Source: Microgenomates group bacterium Gr01-1014_7 (GTDB lineage: Bacteria; Patescibacteriota; Microgenomatia; Daviesbacterales; UBA10151). Taken from it: a stretch of 64,000 bases of DNA. Shown piece after piece: positions 20,839-30,851 of the stretch. Position 1 is the first letter of the stretch. Each line of letters opens with the position of its first letter. The DNA lies in contig VMGD01000001.1 in the NCBI GenBank assembly GCA_007376405.1, forward strand, positions 66,891-130,890. The letters run 5' to 3'. The notes under the pieces are model-generated. The model was not told the DNA's origin, did no database searches, and worked only from the letters and a program-made list of their open reading frames with translations. The translations under genes were made by a program, and so were the position numbers.

Positions 20839-20867
20839 ATTGTACGTCTGTTAGTTTCCAGAGGCAA
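20839..20867 (-). promoter_or_regulatory. Sigma70-like promoter, near-leaderless, for 19351..20832 and downstream genes
   Basis: TTGCCT -17 nt- TACAAT -6 nt- GTG start on the minus strand. Confidence 0.6.
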
Positions 20868-20869
20868 GC

Positions 20870-21610
20870 CTAATATTTTCCTCTGAGGTCATTTATTCTA
20901 ATTCTGAACATGTCATAGATGGCAGCTGCGGCATCTTTTATCACTTGTACCCTTTCGGTATCAACATAATTCCACTCCACCCCAACTTCCGCGATATTAA
21001 ATCCATACTTTTTTGCCAGATATAGTACTTCCACATCAAATCCCGCATTTACAGCCCCACCCTTAAAATGTACTACTCCCCATTCACTTTTAATCTTGGG
21101 AATAATTTTTTCCACGGCTTTTTTATTAAAAGCCTTGAATCCGCATTGAGTGTCCGTAAAAGGCAAATCCAAAATAATATTTCGCAGAACCGAAAAACCC
21201 CAGGCTGCCAATTTTCTCGCCAGAGGAGCTCCTTTTCTTCCCTGACGGGAACCAATCACAATATCAAAGCCTTCTTCAAATTTAGGTATAAATTTCTCCA
21301 GCTGGTTAATTGGGGTAGCCTGATCCATATCTGTAAAAAGGATTATTTCTCCATTGCTAGCAAGCATACCGGTCATTACCGCATTAGCTTTCCCGCCATG
21401 CGGAACCTGAATTAAATTAAATTTGGGATTTTTCTTGACATACTCCTCAATGACTTCTTTTGTTTCGTCTATTGACCCATCATCAACAATAATTACCTCA
21501 TATTCTAAAGCCATACCTTTTAAAAAATCTTTTACTTCTTCCAATACTCCTCTTTTTAAATTTTTGGCTTCATTATATGCGGGTATGACAATGGAAAGTT
21601 TGGTACTCAT
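20870..21610 (-). CDS. Polyprenol-phosphate glycosyltransferase (GT2, Alg5/DPG synthase-like)
   Basis: LSIVIPAYNE, VDDGS, GKANAV, FTDMD, GSR, DTQCGFK, GFDVE. Confidence 0.9.
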   Translation of the reverse strand: MSTKLSIVIPAYNEAKNLKRGVLEEVKDFLKGMALEYEVIIVDDGSIDETKEVIEEYVKKNPKFNLIQVPHGGKANAVMTGMLASNGEIILFTDMDQATPINQLEKFIPKFEEGFDIVIGSRQGRKGAPLARKLAAWGFSVLRNIILDLPFTDTQCGFKAFNKKAVEKIIPKIKSEWGVVHFKGGAVNAGFDVEVLYLAKKYGFNIAEVGVEWNYVDTERVQVIKDAAAAIYDMFRIRINDLRGKY

Positions 21611-23799
21611 TAGGGCCTCCCACTTGGGTTAGCAATTAATTTATATAGTTTTACTCCATAAACTTCTTGCTCCCATTCTATTTTAGACCATCCAAAAGCA
21701 GCAATCTCATGTTTTGGGCTGTGTGTCGGATCACATACAGGGTCCTCGCAAACTACAAACAGCTGATCTGTTTTCTCAGCCGGAACCGGTTTGGGTTTGT
21801 GCCCATATAAATCCAGATAAAACTGGTAAGTCGAATCATAATTATTTTTGGCAAGTAGAGCAAAATTAAATGATCTTCCTTCCGATTTATCTATAATAAA
21901 CTTGGCCACGTCTTGCGTTCTTTTTAACTGGTTATTGGGTGGGTAAACAAGAGGATTTTTTTGCAAATTTACCAGAGTTAATGCCAAAAGCAAAACAGGA
22001 ACTGCTGTCCAAAAAAGTAAACGAATTCCCACATGAGACGTGGGAACTCGAACTAAATTTAGGGATGCTGCCAAAAGCAAATACGGAGCAGGGTTTAAAA
22101 ACCCTAAATAATGATCATAAATGCTGCTTTGATAAAGGGATAAACCCACAAGGCCAATAACCAGCCATACCGCAAGGGCGAATAAAGACCACTCCATCTC
22201 CTTTCCTTTAAACCTTTGCACAATCAGTTTAATTATTGGCAGCAGAATTAATATACCTACTACGGCAGTTAATATTAAATTTTCTGCTGTGATATATCTG
22301 CCTATCAGATTATTAAAATAAAGACCGGGAACTTTGACAAGAATACCCAAAGGGTTAAATTCAACTGCCTGATGATCAAAGAGAAGTTTTTTTATGGCAC
22401 GGAAATTTAAAAAATTATTACGAAGATCAAATAAAACAAACGGCAACATGACAGCCCAAAAAGCAATTACCGCCCCCAGACTGCCCGTCAGAATATTTCT
22501 TCCCTTTTTTTGAAAATATTGAAAAAACCAGAGGATAAGGTAGATTGGAATTAAAAGCACGACCAGATAATGCATCTGCAAAGCTGCTGCAGCTGCTGCT
22601 CCTACTAAAATAAACCATAAAAAATTTTTGGTTTGGTAAGCTTTATAACATCCCCAGATACCAATTAAAGAAAAAAAAGGGGCCGGGTTGGGGTTCCAAG
22701 AAGAACGGGAATAAATAATATTCACCGGTGAAATAGCATAAAGAAAAGCTGCAATTAAAGCCGAGGCTCTCCCAAACCAGATCTTACCCAGATAATAAAT
22801 CAACATTACTGTTGCCACTCCAATTAAGGCATCCATTCCGGCAGCTGCAGTGGGATTTAGCCAAAAAATAGCCATGGGGATAGTCATCATATAGTAGTAA
22901 AACGGACCTAAATAAATATTGCCGACAGAAGTGGGCGGACCAATAAAGGGTAAATCACCTTCTGTTAAAATTTTCTTAATAATAATTGCATCCCGTCCCT
23001 CATCCCCCAAAAAAGTCATATACCCAGAAAGTTTATAGAAACGCAAAAAGCAGGCAAGTAAAATTATCCCTAGGAGGCATAGGAACAAAGTTTTATTATC
23101 CTTAAGTTCCCACCAAAGTTTTATTAGATCAAGGTAAGATTTAATAATTACATTGAAATTCGCTCCTGTTGGTTTGCCGGAAAGCCGCGGAAAGTGATTT
23201 ACCCCAACCTGACCAATCTTGAAACCGGCCTTTTTGGCTTTGATGGCTAGTTCGGCATTGATCATGGCCCCCCTACTTGATTCCAAACGGGGAATTTTTT
23301 CCAAAACTTTTCTTTTAACCATCTTAAACCCGCAATCCACATCTTTTAAAGTTAGTCTGAAAAATGCCAGCAGTGTTAATTTCCAGCCCTTTTTAAAAAA
23401 AATTCTAAAAAAAGGGTCTCGTCTTTTGATGCGATAGCCAATAATCAGATCGTTAGTTTCTATTTTTTCCAAAAACTTGTTCACTTCGGAAAAATCAAAC
23501 TGCCCGTCTCCGTCGGTATAAACAATGGTGTCGAATTTGGCATTATAAAAGCCGGATTTTAATGCTTCCCCGTAGCCTGAATTTTTGGGATGATGAATGA
23601 CTCTAACTTTGGGATTTTGTTTGGCCAGACTGTCTGCTACTTTACCTGTTTTATCTGTAGAGCCGTCATCAACAACAATCACTTCATAATCTTCAAGTTT
23701 TAACTTTTCCAGAACTTTTAAGGCATTTTCAATCGTATTTTCAATATTTCCTTCTTCATTAAACACAGGGAAGAAAACAGAAAGATTTTTAATGGACAT
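21610..23799 (-). CDS. Fusion: GT2 polyprenol-phosphate sugar synthase plus GT-C transferase
   Basis: N-terminal SVFFPVFNE, VDDGS, YTDGDGQ, DVDCGFK; C-terminal FLGDEGRD, GPPTS, GPFYYY, YSRSSWNPN multi-TM domain. Confidence 0.88.
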   Translation of the reverse strand: MSIKNLSVFFPVFNEEGNIENTIENALKVLEKLKLEDYEVIVVDDGSTDKTGKVADSLAKQNPKVRVIHHPKNSGYGEALKSGFYNAKFDTIVYTDGDGQFDFSEVNKFLEKIETNDLIIGYRIKRRDPFFRIFFKKGWKLTLLAFFRLTLKDVDCGFKMVKRKVLEKIPRLESSRGAMINAELAIKAKKAGFKIGQVGVNHFPRLSGKPTGANFNVIIKSYLDLIKLWWELKDNKTLFLCLLGIILLACFLRFYKLSGYMTFLGDEGRDAIIIKKILTEGDLPFIGPPTSVGNIYLGPFYYYMMTIPMAIFWLNPTAAAGMDALIGVATVMLIYYLGKIWFGRASALIAAFLYAISPVNIIYSRSSWNPNPAPFFSLIGIWGCYKAYQTKNFLWFILVGAAAAAALQMHYLVVLLIPIYLILWFFQYFQKKGRNILTGSLGAVIAFWAVMLPFVLFDLRNNFLNFRAIKKLLFDHQAVEFNPLGILVKVPGLYFNNLIGRYITAENLILTAVVGILILLPIIKLIVQRFKGKEMEWSLFALAVWLVIGLVGLSLYQSSIYDHYLGFLNPAPYLLLAASLNLVRVPTSHVGIRLLFWTAVPVLLLALTLVNLQKNPLVYPPNNQLKRTQDVAKFIIDKSEGRSFNFALLAKNNYDSTYQFYLDLYGHKPKPVPAEKTDQLFVVCEDPVCDPTHSPKHEIAAFGWSKIEWEQEVYGVKLYKLIANPSGRP
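22022..22050 (-). repeat. 29-nt palindrome (REP-like) inside a CDS
   Basis: Minus strand CGAGTTCCCACGT-CTC-ATGTGGGAATTCG forms a 13-bp stem with two G.T pairs; lies within the codons for RVPTSHVGIR. Confidence 0.65.
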
Positions 23800-23821
23800 G
23801 GTAATATGCTAACATCAAATT

Positions 23822-24961
23822 ATGCACAAAACAACGAAAGACCTTATTCTTCTTTTGGTTGCGGTACTAACGATAACCTTTCTTGTTTGGCTTCCACATT
23901 TTTTGGCTTTACCAGATTTTTGGGGATTATCCTTCAAAGAAGGATTTTCTACAATCTATCGCAACTTTGACGGTTTGGAATATGTCACTATTGCTAAAAC
24001 TTTTTATAATCCTGCTGCTTTAGCCTCTGTTCCACAAACCCTTCCTGCCAATTATTTTGCTTCCCACTTCCCCGGATATTCAATCCTAATGACCCTTTTT
24101 GCACCGGTTTTGGGGTATCTAAAATCAATGCTTTTTGTTTCCCTAATATCTACAATTTTAGCAGTTTGGTCTTTTTACTTTTTACTTAAAACTTTTAACT
24201 TAACTTCCCATCCTCTTTTTTTAAGTTTTATTTTTCTCATCTTGCCTGCCAGGTGGTTGATTGTGCATAGTGTTGGCTCATCCGAGCCGTTATTTTTATT
24301 TTTGACAATAACCACGCTTTATTTTTTTATTCGTTTCGAGCAAACCGGCCATTACACCGACATAGTATTTGCAGGTGTTGCCGGCCTGCTTGCCCAAATC
24401 ACCAGACCGCCGGGAATTTTGCTTTTTATTGCTCTAATGCTTTATGTACATTGGCGCAAAAAAGCCTGGCTTGATCCTTTAAAATACTTCCCAATGATTC
24501 TTATCCCATTGGGACTACTGGGAGTTTTCTATCTATTTAGTCAAACGTATGGGGACTTTTGGGCTTACTTTAAAAGCGGAGATAACATTCACCTTACCTT
24601 CCCTCCTTTCCAGGTTTTTAATAAACACCAGTTTTGGGTAGGGGATATCTGGCTGGAAGATATTGTTTATATTTTTATATTGGGATTTTTGGGGGGAGTG
24701 ACCCTGTGGAGGAAAAAACTATACCCCTTGGCTTTTTTTGTTTTAACCTATTTAACAGCCGCCATCTTTGTTGCCCACAGAGATATTAGCAGATATATTC
24801 TTCCGGTCACTCCGTTTATCCTAATTGCCTTTGAAAAAGTTTTAACTTCCAAAGAATTTAAAATTATTCTGCCGATTATTGCGCTGGCAATTTATCTCTA
24901 TACCCAAAACTTTATGCTCACCAACACCGCCCCCATCCCCAATCTGGAAATTTATAACTAA
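23822..24961 (+). CDS. GT-C fold membrane glycosyltransferase (PIG-V/mannosyltransferase-like)
   Basis: NFDGLEY, HFPGYS, GSSEPLF, TRPPGILL, ISRYIL. Confidence 0.75.
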   Translation: MHKTTKDLILLLVAVLTITFLVWLPHFLALPDFWGLSFKEGFSTIYRNFDGLEYVTIAKTFYNPAALASVPQTLPANYFASHFPGYSILMTLFAPVLGYLKSMLFVSLISTILAVWSFYFLLKTFNLTSHPLFLSFIFLILPARWLIVHSVGSSEPLFLFLTITTLYFFIRFEQTGHYTDIVFAGVAGLLAQITRPPGILLFIALMLYVHWRKKAWLDPLKYFPMILIPLGLLGVFYLFSQTYGDFWAYFKSGDNIHLTFPPFQVFNKHQFWVGDIWLEDIVYIFILGFLGGVTLWRKKLYPLAFFVLTYLTAAIFVAHRDISRYILPVTPFILIAFEKVLTSKEFKIILPIIALAIYLYTQNFMLTNTAPIPNLEIYN

Positions 24962-26142
24962 TCTTCCTGATGTTTCCAGGTAATAAAATGATTCATTAAA
25001 AAGTTCCATACCATAACCGGTGGGATTGTTGCTAAAAAGTAGAAGTTATTATAGGCAATTGCCTTACCAAAAATATTTACCGACCCATCTCCATATGTTA
25101 AATGCAAATATTTTACAATCAAAACGCCAATTATCAATCCTCCAAGACTAACCAGGTTAAAAATCCCCAATTTTTGCCAAAAATTGGTTTTGGTTTTTCT
25201 ATATCTAAAAGTCCAGTAATTATTCAAAATAAAATTGTTGATGATGGCAATTTCGGTGGAAATTCCTTTTGACGACGCTGGTGGAAATCCAAAACTTCTG
25301 ATAAATATTTTATAAAACAAAAAGTCAACCAAAGTCCCTATAAACCCAACTAGACCAAACTTGACAAATGTCTTAGCTCTCCTGGTCAGGTAGAAAAAGC
25401 GGATATTAAAACCCCATTTATGTAGCCTGACATCAATACAGTAAGTAATAACATCATATGTATAATTGAAAACTTTATTTTTAGAATAACCCTCAAGACG
25501 ATTTTTAAATACCAGTGGTACTTCTTTATATTTTGCTCCCGCCATAATCATTTCATGCAAAAAGGCAGGTTGGACAATAAAAGTTTTTTCCCTCCATGGT
25601 AATCTCGCCAGGTTTATTTTTTTAAAAATTTGCGGAGTAAATGCCCGGGCAGAATTGGTAAATTCTTTAACATCCGAAGGCCCCATTACAATCCTGCAAA
25701 AAAGCGATGAGCCAAGGGTGAAAATACGCCTTGCCAAAGTCAGCTTATTTTTTCCACCCTCCATCAGTCTTGACCCGATAACAAAATCATAACCTTCCTC
25801 TATACCTTTAACTAACCTTACCAAAACATCCGGTTCAACCTGCCCATCAGCATCAAGTTGGGCTAAAACATCAGGATGAATTTTTTCCAGCGCAAACTGA
25901 TGACCTTTTATCAAGCCGGCTCCCAAACCCGGCTCAACTTTTAGAAAATGTACTTTGGAGTTTTTGCGGAAAAGCTGTTGGGCAATTTTATCAGTACCAT
26001 CTGAAGTTCTGATATCATCTGCAACTACAATTTGTATTTCCCAGCCCGGAAGACTTTTTTGCTGAGCTAAAACTTTTTCTACAGTTGATGTGATGTTTGC
26101 TTTTTCGTTATAGGTGGGTAAAACTACCGATACTTTCTTCAT
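24958..26142 (-). CDS. Fusion: GT2 (Dpm1/Ppm1-like) plus GtrA-family flippase domain
   Basis: VSVVLPTYNE, QLDADGQ, GSR; C-terminal FVKFGLVG..VDF..NNFILNNYWTF..WNFLMNHFITW (GtrA pattern). Confidence 0.88.
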   Translation of the reverse strand: MKKVSVVLPTYNEKANITSTVEKVLAQQKSLPGWEIQIVVADDIRTSDGTDKIAQQLFRKNSKVHFLKVEPGLGAGLIKGHQFALEKIHPDVLAQLDADGQVEPDVLVRLVKGIEEGYDFVIGSRLMEGGKNKLTLARRIFTLGSSLFCRIVMGPSDVKEFTNSARAFTPQIFKKINLARLPWREKTFIVQPAFLHEMIMAGAKYKEVPLVFKNRLEGYSKNKVFNYTYDVITYCIDVRLHKWGFNIRFFYLTRRAKTFVKFGLVGFIGTLVDFLFYKIFIRSFGFPPASSKGISTEIAIINNFILNNYWTFRYRKTKTNFWQKLGIFNLVSLGGLIIGVLIVKYLHLTYGDGSVNIFGKAIAYNNFYFLATIPPVMVWNFLMNHFITWKHQED

Positions 26143-27155
26143 GAAAACTTTGCAAGATCGTAGTGGACCATAATTTTAACCAGATCCTTAAATTTAGTTT
26201 TTGGCTCCCAATCTAAAACTTTTTTGGCGTAAGATGCATCCCCTTGGAGCGGCCCTGTTTGCACAGGCGGAACAAAATTAGAATCAGTCACAACATACTC
26301 TTTCCAATCAAGGCCGACTGTAGCAAATGCTTCCCGGACAAAATCTTCCACCGTGTGAATCTCACCTGTGGCTATCACAAAATCATTGGCTTGTCTTTGT
26401 TGTAATATTTTCCACATAGCTTCGACATAATCCGGTGAGTAACCCCAGTCCCGTTCGGCATTTAAATCTCCCAATTTTATTTTGCCGTTTTGAACAATAG
26501 GTTCACCTATTTCATTTAAAGGAATTCCTTCTTTTTTATTGTTTTTTATACAAGCTACCCCGGCTGTAATTTTCCTGGTTACAAAATTAAGTCCTCTTCG
26601 GGGGCTTTCGTGATTAAATAAAATTCCACAGGAAATAAATTGAGGTTGTTTCCGATCTAATCTTCCAATAACCGCCATTCTATGGGCAAACTCTTTGGCA
26701 GCAGCATAAGGATTTGCCGGACTAAACGGGGTAGCCTCATTTTGCGGCACCTGCTTTGGAACACCAAACATCTCCGAAGTTGAGGCCTGATAAACTTTTG
26801 CCTCAGGGACAATCTGTTTTGCCCTCTCAAAAACATGCAAAGCTCCCACCCCTGTAATCATGATTGAGGCAAACTTGTCACTAAAAGAAGCAAAAGGAGA
26901 CGACAGAGAAGCAAGATTGTAAATTTCATCCGGTTTAAAATCCAGTAGTGCCAGAGCAATAGATTCAGGTGATTGAAGATCACCAAAATATATTTTTATA
27001 TCATCTTTTATGTGTTCAATATTGCCCAGTTCCCCTATGGCATTTCGTCTTATTAACCCCCCCACTTCATATCCTTTATTTAATAAGAGCTCGCTTAGGT
27101 ATGAGCCGTCCTGACCCGAAATTCCGGTGATGAATGCTCTTTTAGATTTTGCCAT
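26139..27155 (-). CDS. gmd: GDP-mannose 4,6-dehydratase
   Basis: ITGISGQDGSYL, QASTSEMFG, PYAAAK, GILFNHESPRRG..FVTRKIT, RDWG; ATG at 27155 preferred (alternative TTG at 27179). Confidence 0.9.
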   Translation of the reverse strand: MAKSKRAFITGISGQDGSYLSELLLNKGYEVGGLIRRNAIGELGNIEHIKDDIKIYFGDLQSPESIALALLDFKPDEIYNLASLSSPFASFSDKFASIMITGVGALHVFERAKQIVPEAKVYQASTSEMFGVPKQVPQNEATPFSPANPYAAAKEFAHRMAVIGRLDRKQPQFISCGILFNHESPRRGLNFVTRKITAGVACIKNNKKEGIPLNEIGEPIVQNGKIKLGDLNAERDWGYSPDYVEAMWKILQQRQANDFVIATGEIHTVEDFVREAFATVGLDWKEYVVTDSNFVPPVQTGPLQGDASYAKKVLDWEPKTKFKDLVKIMVHYDLAKFS

Positions 27156-27175
27156 TTGGATTACTATATCTAATT

Positions 27176-28069
27176 TCAACCCTTCCCGTCAACTTCTTCT
27201 TTGAAAAGTTTTATACTTTCTTCAACCGAATGTAAAATCCCCTGCCCGAATTCACCAGTAAACTTAGCGCTATCAAGCCAGGAATTCTTTAAAAGTTTTG
27301 CCATTTTCTTTTGATTGTATTCACCCAATGTCATCGAGACAATTAATGAGGAGTCTAAATTAAAAGCTTGAACAATCTGTTTGGCAAATTCAAACGGGGT
27401 AGTATGATTTATTGATGAAACATGGTAGATTCCCGAAGCTTTTCCCTCTACTAAAACAGCCAGCGCATTGGCAATATCATCGGTTAAAGTGGGAGTTATT
27501 CTCTGATTAATTATTGCTTTAATTTGCTTTTTTTCTCTTAGCTGATTTAAAAAAAACCTTGCTATATCAGATTTTTGCTGATAGTAAGCAGAGTATGGCA
27601 TGGATAATCTAACAATTATATAAGAACAACCACTCTCTAAAACATTTTGCTCTCCAAAATACTTAGTTTGACCATACCAGTTTATCGGATTAGGTTTATC
27701 TTCTTCAATATAAGGACTACCGGATTTTGTTCCATCAAAAATATATTCTGTAGAAATATGGATTAGATGCTTCTCTAAAATTTTACATGCATCAGCTACA
27801 TTTTTTGCGCCGGCGGCATTTAACATATAAGCTAAACCCCGTTTGTCGTTTTTTTGCTTCTCTGATTCTTCTACATGCGTAAAAGCAGCAAAGTTAATTA
27901 TAACCTCTGCTCCCGAATCTTCTATAAATTTTGACGCTTGATTGAAATCTGTAATATCTACAAGACTTGCCGGAGGGGAGCTTATGTTGAAGCGGCCGGC
28001 ATTTAGCTCTAAAAACTTCGAGCCGACTAGGCCACTGCCACCAAAGATCAATACTTGTCTTTTATTCAT
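27176..28069 (-). CDS. rmlD: dTDP-4-dehydrorhamnose reductase
   Basis: GGSGLVG, NFAAFTHVE, HISTEYIFDG, PINWYGQTK, TPT; next to rmlC. Confidence 0.85.
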   Translation of the reverse strand: MNKRQVLIFGGSGLVGSKFLELNAGRFNISSPPASLVDITDFNQASKFIEDSGAEVIINFAAFTHVEESEKQKNDKRGLAYMLNAAGAKNVADACKILEKHLIHISTEYIFDGTKSGSPYIEEDKPNPINWYGQTKYFGEQNVLESGCSYIIVRLSMPYSAYYQQKSDIARFFLNQLREKKQIKAIINQRITPTLTDDIANALAVLVEGKASGIYHVSSINHTTPFEFAKQIVQAFNLDSSLIVSMTLGEYNQKKMAKLLKNSWLDSAKFTGEFGQGILHSVEESIKLFKEEVDGKG

Positions 28070-28617
28070 TTGAATTTTTCGGGAAACAAATCACGAAGCT
28101 TGGGGTTATTTTTATCACGTTCCGATATAATTGGATTTTTAATCGGCCAGTTAATTGCCAAATCCGGATCATCCCAGGCAATAGCCCTGGTATCTGAACC
28201 ATCATAGTAGGCATCAATCAGATAAATGTAATCGACTGATGTCTCGCTCGTTACACAAATTGAATTAGCCAAACCATTGGGTATAAACAGTCCAACTCTA
28301 TTGCTGTCATTAATGTCAAAGGTTTCGACTTTTCCAAAAGTGGAGGAATCACCTCTTACATCAACTATTGCCACGAAAACTTGTCCGTTTAAAGGATAGA
28401 CAATTTTGTTCCATCTCTCCGCATGAATGCCTCTTAAGACTCCGGGGTCTGAATGGGAATGATTCATCTGCACCCCGCTGAATTTAACCCCGGCAATCTT
28501 TTCTAACTCATCCAGATGAAAAATCTCCCTGAAAAATCCTCTATCGTCTTTATGAATAGGTCTTTCTAAAATCAAAAGTCCCGAGATTGAAGCTTTTTTA
28601 ATATATTTATTGTCCAT
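28066..28617 (-). CDS. rmlC: dTDP-4-dehydrorhamnose 3,5-epimerase
   Basis: DDRGFFRE, GVLRGIH, VDVR..S.TFG, WDDPDLAINWP, ISERD; likely ATG at 28617. Confidence 0.9.
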   Translation of the reverse strand: MDNKYIKKASISGLLILERPIHKDDRGFFREIFHLDELEKIAGVKFSGVQMNHSHSDPGVLRGIHAERWNKIVYPLNGQVFVAIVDVRGDSSTFGKVETFDINDSNRVGLFIPNGLANSICVTSETSVDYIYLIDAYYDGSDTRAIAWDDPDLAINWPIKNPIISERDKNNPKLRDLFPEKFK

Positions 28618-29614
28618 AAGATTTTTGGGCCGAGGCATCAACATTCGGCCTCCCCTGCTTTAATGGTCTCCACCACCACTCATTTTCCTTGTACCATTTA
28701 ATGGTTTCATCCAATCCTTGATCAAAATTAAATTCTGGTTTCCATCCTAAGTTTTGAAGTTTTGTATCATCTAGTGCATAACGAAAATCGTGACCAAGAC
28801 GATCAGCTACCCTCTCGATCCATGATTCATCTTTACCTAAAGCCTTAAGGATTTTTCTGGTGACTTCAATATTCCTTTGTTGATCTCCTCCTATACAGTA
28901 AGTCTCCCCTACCTGTCCATGCAATAAAACTGTCTCAATTGAGCTGCAATCATCTAAAACAAAAATCCAGTCTCTGATATTTTCTCCCTGCCCCATCAAA
29001 GGCACTTTTTGCCCTTCAAGCAGATTAGTGATGAAGCGCGGTATTAACTTTTCCGGATCCTGATATGGACCGAAGTTGTTACCACAATTAGTAATGGTAA
29101 TGGGCAACTTATATGTCCGATAATACGATATTACCAGTAGGTCAGAGGCGGCTTTGGATGCAGCATAAGGACTTCTGGGTCTATACGGAGTATTTTCGGT
29201 AAAAGGCGGATCATTTAGCCCGAGCTGCCCATAAGTTTCATCAGTTGAAATATGATGAAACCTTTTTACCTCATGCTTCAAAGCTGTTGCGAGCAACACG
29301 CCAGTACCCATAACATTTGTATTTATAAATGGAGAGGGATCCATAATGGATCTGTCTACATGAGATTCTGCAGCAAAATTAACAACCATATCAACCCCTG
29401 CCATGGCCTTCTCCACATCAGCAGCATCAGTTATATCACCCTTTATAAAGGTGTAGTTGGGATTACCCTCGATATCTTTAAGAGATTCCAGATGGCCGGC
29501 GTAAGTAAGCGCATCCAAATTAACCACTTGATCGCCGGGATGAGTTCTTAACCAGTAATGAATAAAATTCGAACCGATAAAACCGGCTCCACCGGTTACC
29601 AAAAGTTTACTCAT
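28607..29614 (-). CDS. rmlB: dTDP-glucose 4,6-dehydratase
   Basis: GGAGFIGSN, DALTYAG, AAESHVDRSI, STDETYG, PYAASKA, EKLIP, DRLGHDFRY. Confidence 0.95.
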   Translation of the reverse strand: MSKLLVTGGAGFIGSNFIHYWLRTHPGDQVVNLDALTYAGHLESLKDIEGNPNYTFIKGDITDAADVEKAMAGVDMVVNFAAESHVDRSIMDPSPFINTNVMGTGVLLATALKHEVKRFHHISTDETYGQLGLNDPPFTENTPYRPRSPYAASKAASDLLVISYYRTYKLPITITNCGNNFGPYQDPEKLIPRFITNLLEGQKVPLMGQGENIRDWIFVLDDCSSIETVLLHGQVGETYCIGGDQQRNIEVTRKILKALGKDESWIERVADRLGHDFRYALDDTKLQNLGWKPEFNFDQGLDETIKWYKENEWWWRPLKQGRPNVDASAQKSYGQ

Positions 29615-30693
29615 AGTTGAATCTTACACTTTTCTCCGACAAAGAGTGTGGTTTTAGCTCCTCTGCCATTATTTCCTATTACTTCGCTATCCGTACCCAC
29701 TAAGCTGTCTTCCATTGGATGATCCTTAACCCCACTTACTCTTACTCCACTCATCAAAATAGATCTTTTTACTTTGCTTCTTAAAATCTCACATCCGTCC
29801 CCTATGGCAGTAAAAGGACCAATTTCCGAATCCTCAATTATCACCTTATCCCCTATTACCACCGGCCCTTTAATTTTGGAATTTCTAATTTCAACGTGTC
29901 TGCCTATTGAAACCTTACCTTCCACTTTTGAGGTTTTATCAATTTCACTCTCTACCTTTTCCTGTAAATTATTTTTCAAAATATACTCATTTGACCCGAG
30001 CCAGTCATCAATTTTTCCCGGATCAAGCCATTTACCTTTATATTCTAAAACATCAACCCGCATTCCATGATCTATCAGCCACTGGAAAGGCGCGCTTATT
30101 TCATACTCTCCCCGGGCAGAGGGTTTGATAGCATCAGCATCTTTAAAGCAGCGGAAAACTACTGCGCTAAAAAAATATATTCCCGGAATAGCAAAATCAT
30201 GAGGCGGATTTTCCGGTTTTTCCACATATTTTATTAAGTGGTCGTCTTTATCAAAATAAGGCACACCGAGACGGGTGTTCTCGCTGTGGTGAACCATTGC
30301 CACCAAACCATCCGGTTTTTGTCTTTCAAAATGAGAAACCAGACTGTTGATCCCGCCCACAAAAATATTATCCCCCAGGTGCATCACAAAAGATTCACCG
30401 TTAAGATATTCCTCAGCAACCTCAAAAATATTAGCCAGTCCTTTTGGCTGCTCCTGCAAAATATAGGTAAATTTAAGCCCCCATCTGGACCCGTCGCCTA
30501 AAACCGACTTTACTTCATCCAAATATCCCGGGTTATAAGTAATGCCCACTTCTTTAATCCCAGCATTGGCCACAGTTTCTATCGGGTAAAAAATTAAGGG
30601 TTTGTTGGCAACCGGAATAAAATGTTTATTGGTGGAAAAGGTAAGCGGTCTCATCCTGGTCCCGCGCCCGCCTGTTGGAATAATAGCTTTCAT
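29611..30693 (-). CDS. rmlA: Glucose-1-phosphate thymidylyltransferase, long form
   Basis: GGRGTRMRPLT, LGDN, EKP, PSARGEYEI, C-terminal left-handed beta-helix repeats; heads rmlBCD. Confidence 0.9.
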   Translation of the reverse strand: MKAIIPTGGRGTRMRPLTFSTNKHFIPVANKPLIFYPIETVANAGIKEVGITYNPGYLDEVKSVLGDGSRWGLKFTYILQEQPKGLANIFEVAEEYLNGESFVMHLGDNIFVGGINSLVSHFERQKPDGLVAMVHHSENTRLGVPYFDKDDHLIKYVEKPENPPHDFAIPGIYFFSAVVFRCFKDADAIKPSARGEYEISAPFQWLIDHGMRVDVLEYKGKWLDPGKIDDWLGSNEYILKNNLQEKVESEIDKTSKVEGKVSIGRHVEIRNSKIKGPVVIGDKVIIEDSEIGPFTAIGDGCEILRSKVKRSILMSGVRVSGVKDHPMEDSLVGTDSEVIGNNGRGAKTTLFVGEKCKIQL

Positions 30694-30851
30694 TAGATCA
30701 GTACCCCCATAAGCAGTATTAAAACAAGAGCAGCTGTTAAAAGATACTCTAAAAAAATAACCAAAGTCAAACTTTTGTCGCGCTTATGATGAGTAAACGA
30801 CCAAACAAGATAAATTATTACACCAACAGTTAAAATCTTTAAAGCTATCAT
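30693..30851 (-). CDS. Small 52-aa two-TM protein (not in the ORF track)
   Basis: MIALKILTVGVIIYLVWSFTHHKRDKSLTLVIFLEYLLTAALVLILLMGVLI*; ATGA overlap with the CAP gene stop and TAATG overlap with the rmlA start. Confidence 0.8.
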   Translation of the reverse strand: MIALKILTVGVIIYLVWSFTHHKRDKSLTLVIFLEYLLTAALVLILLMGVLI

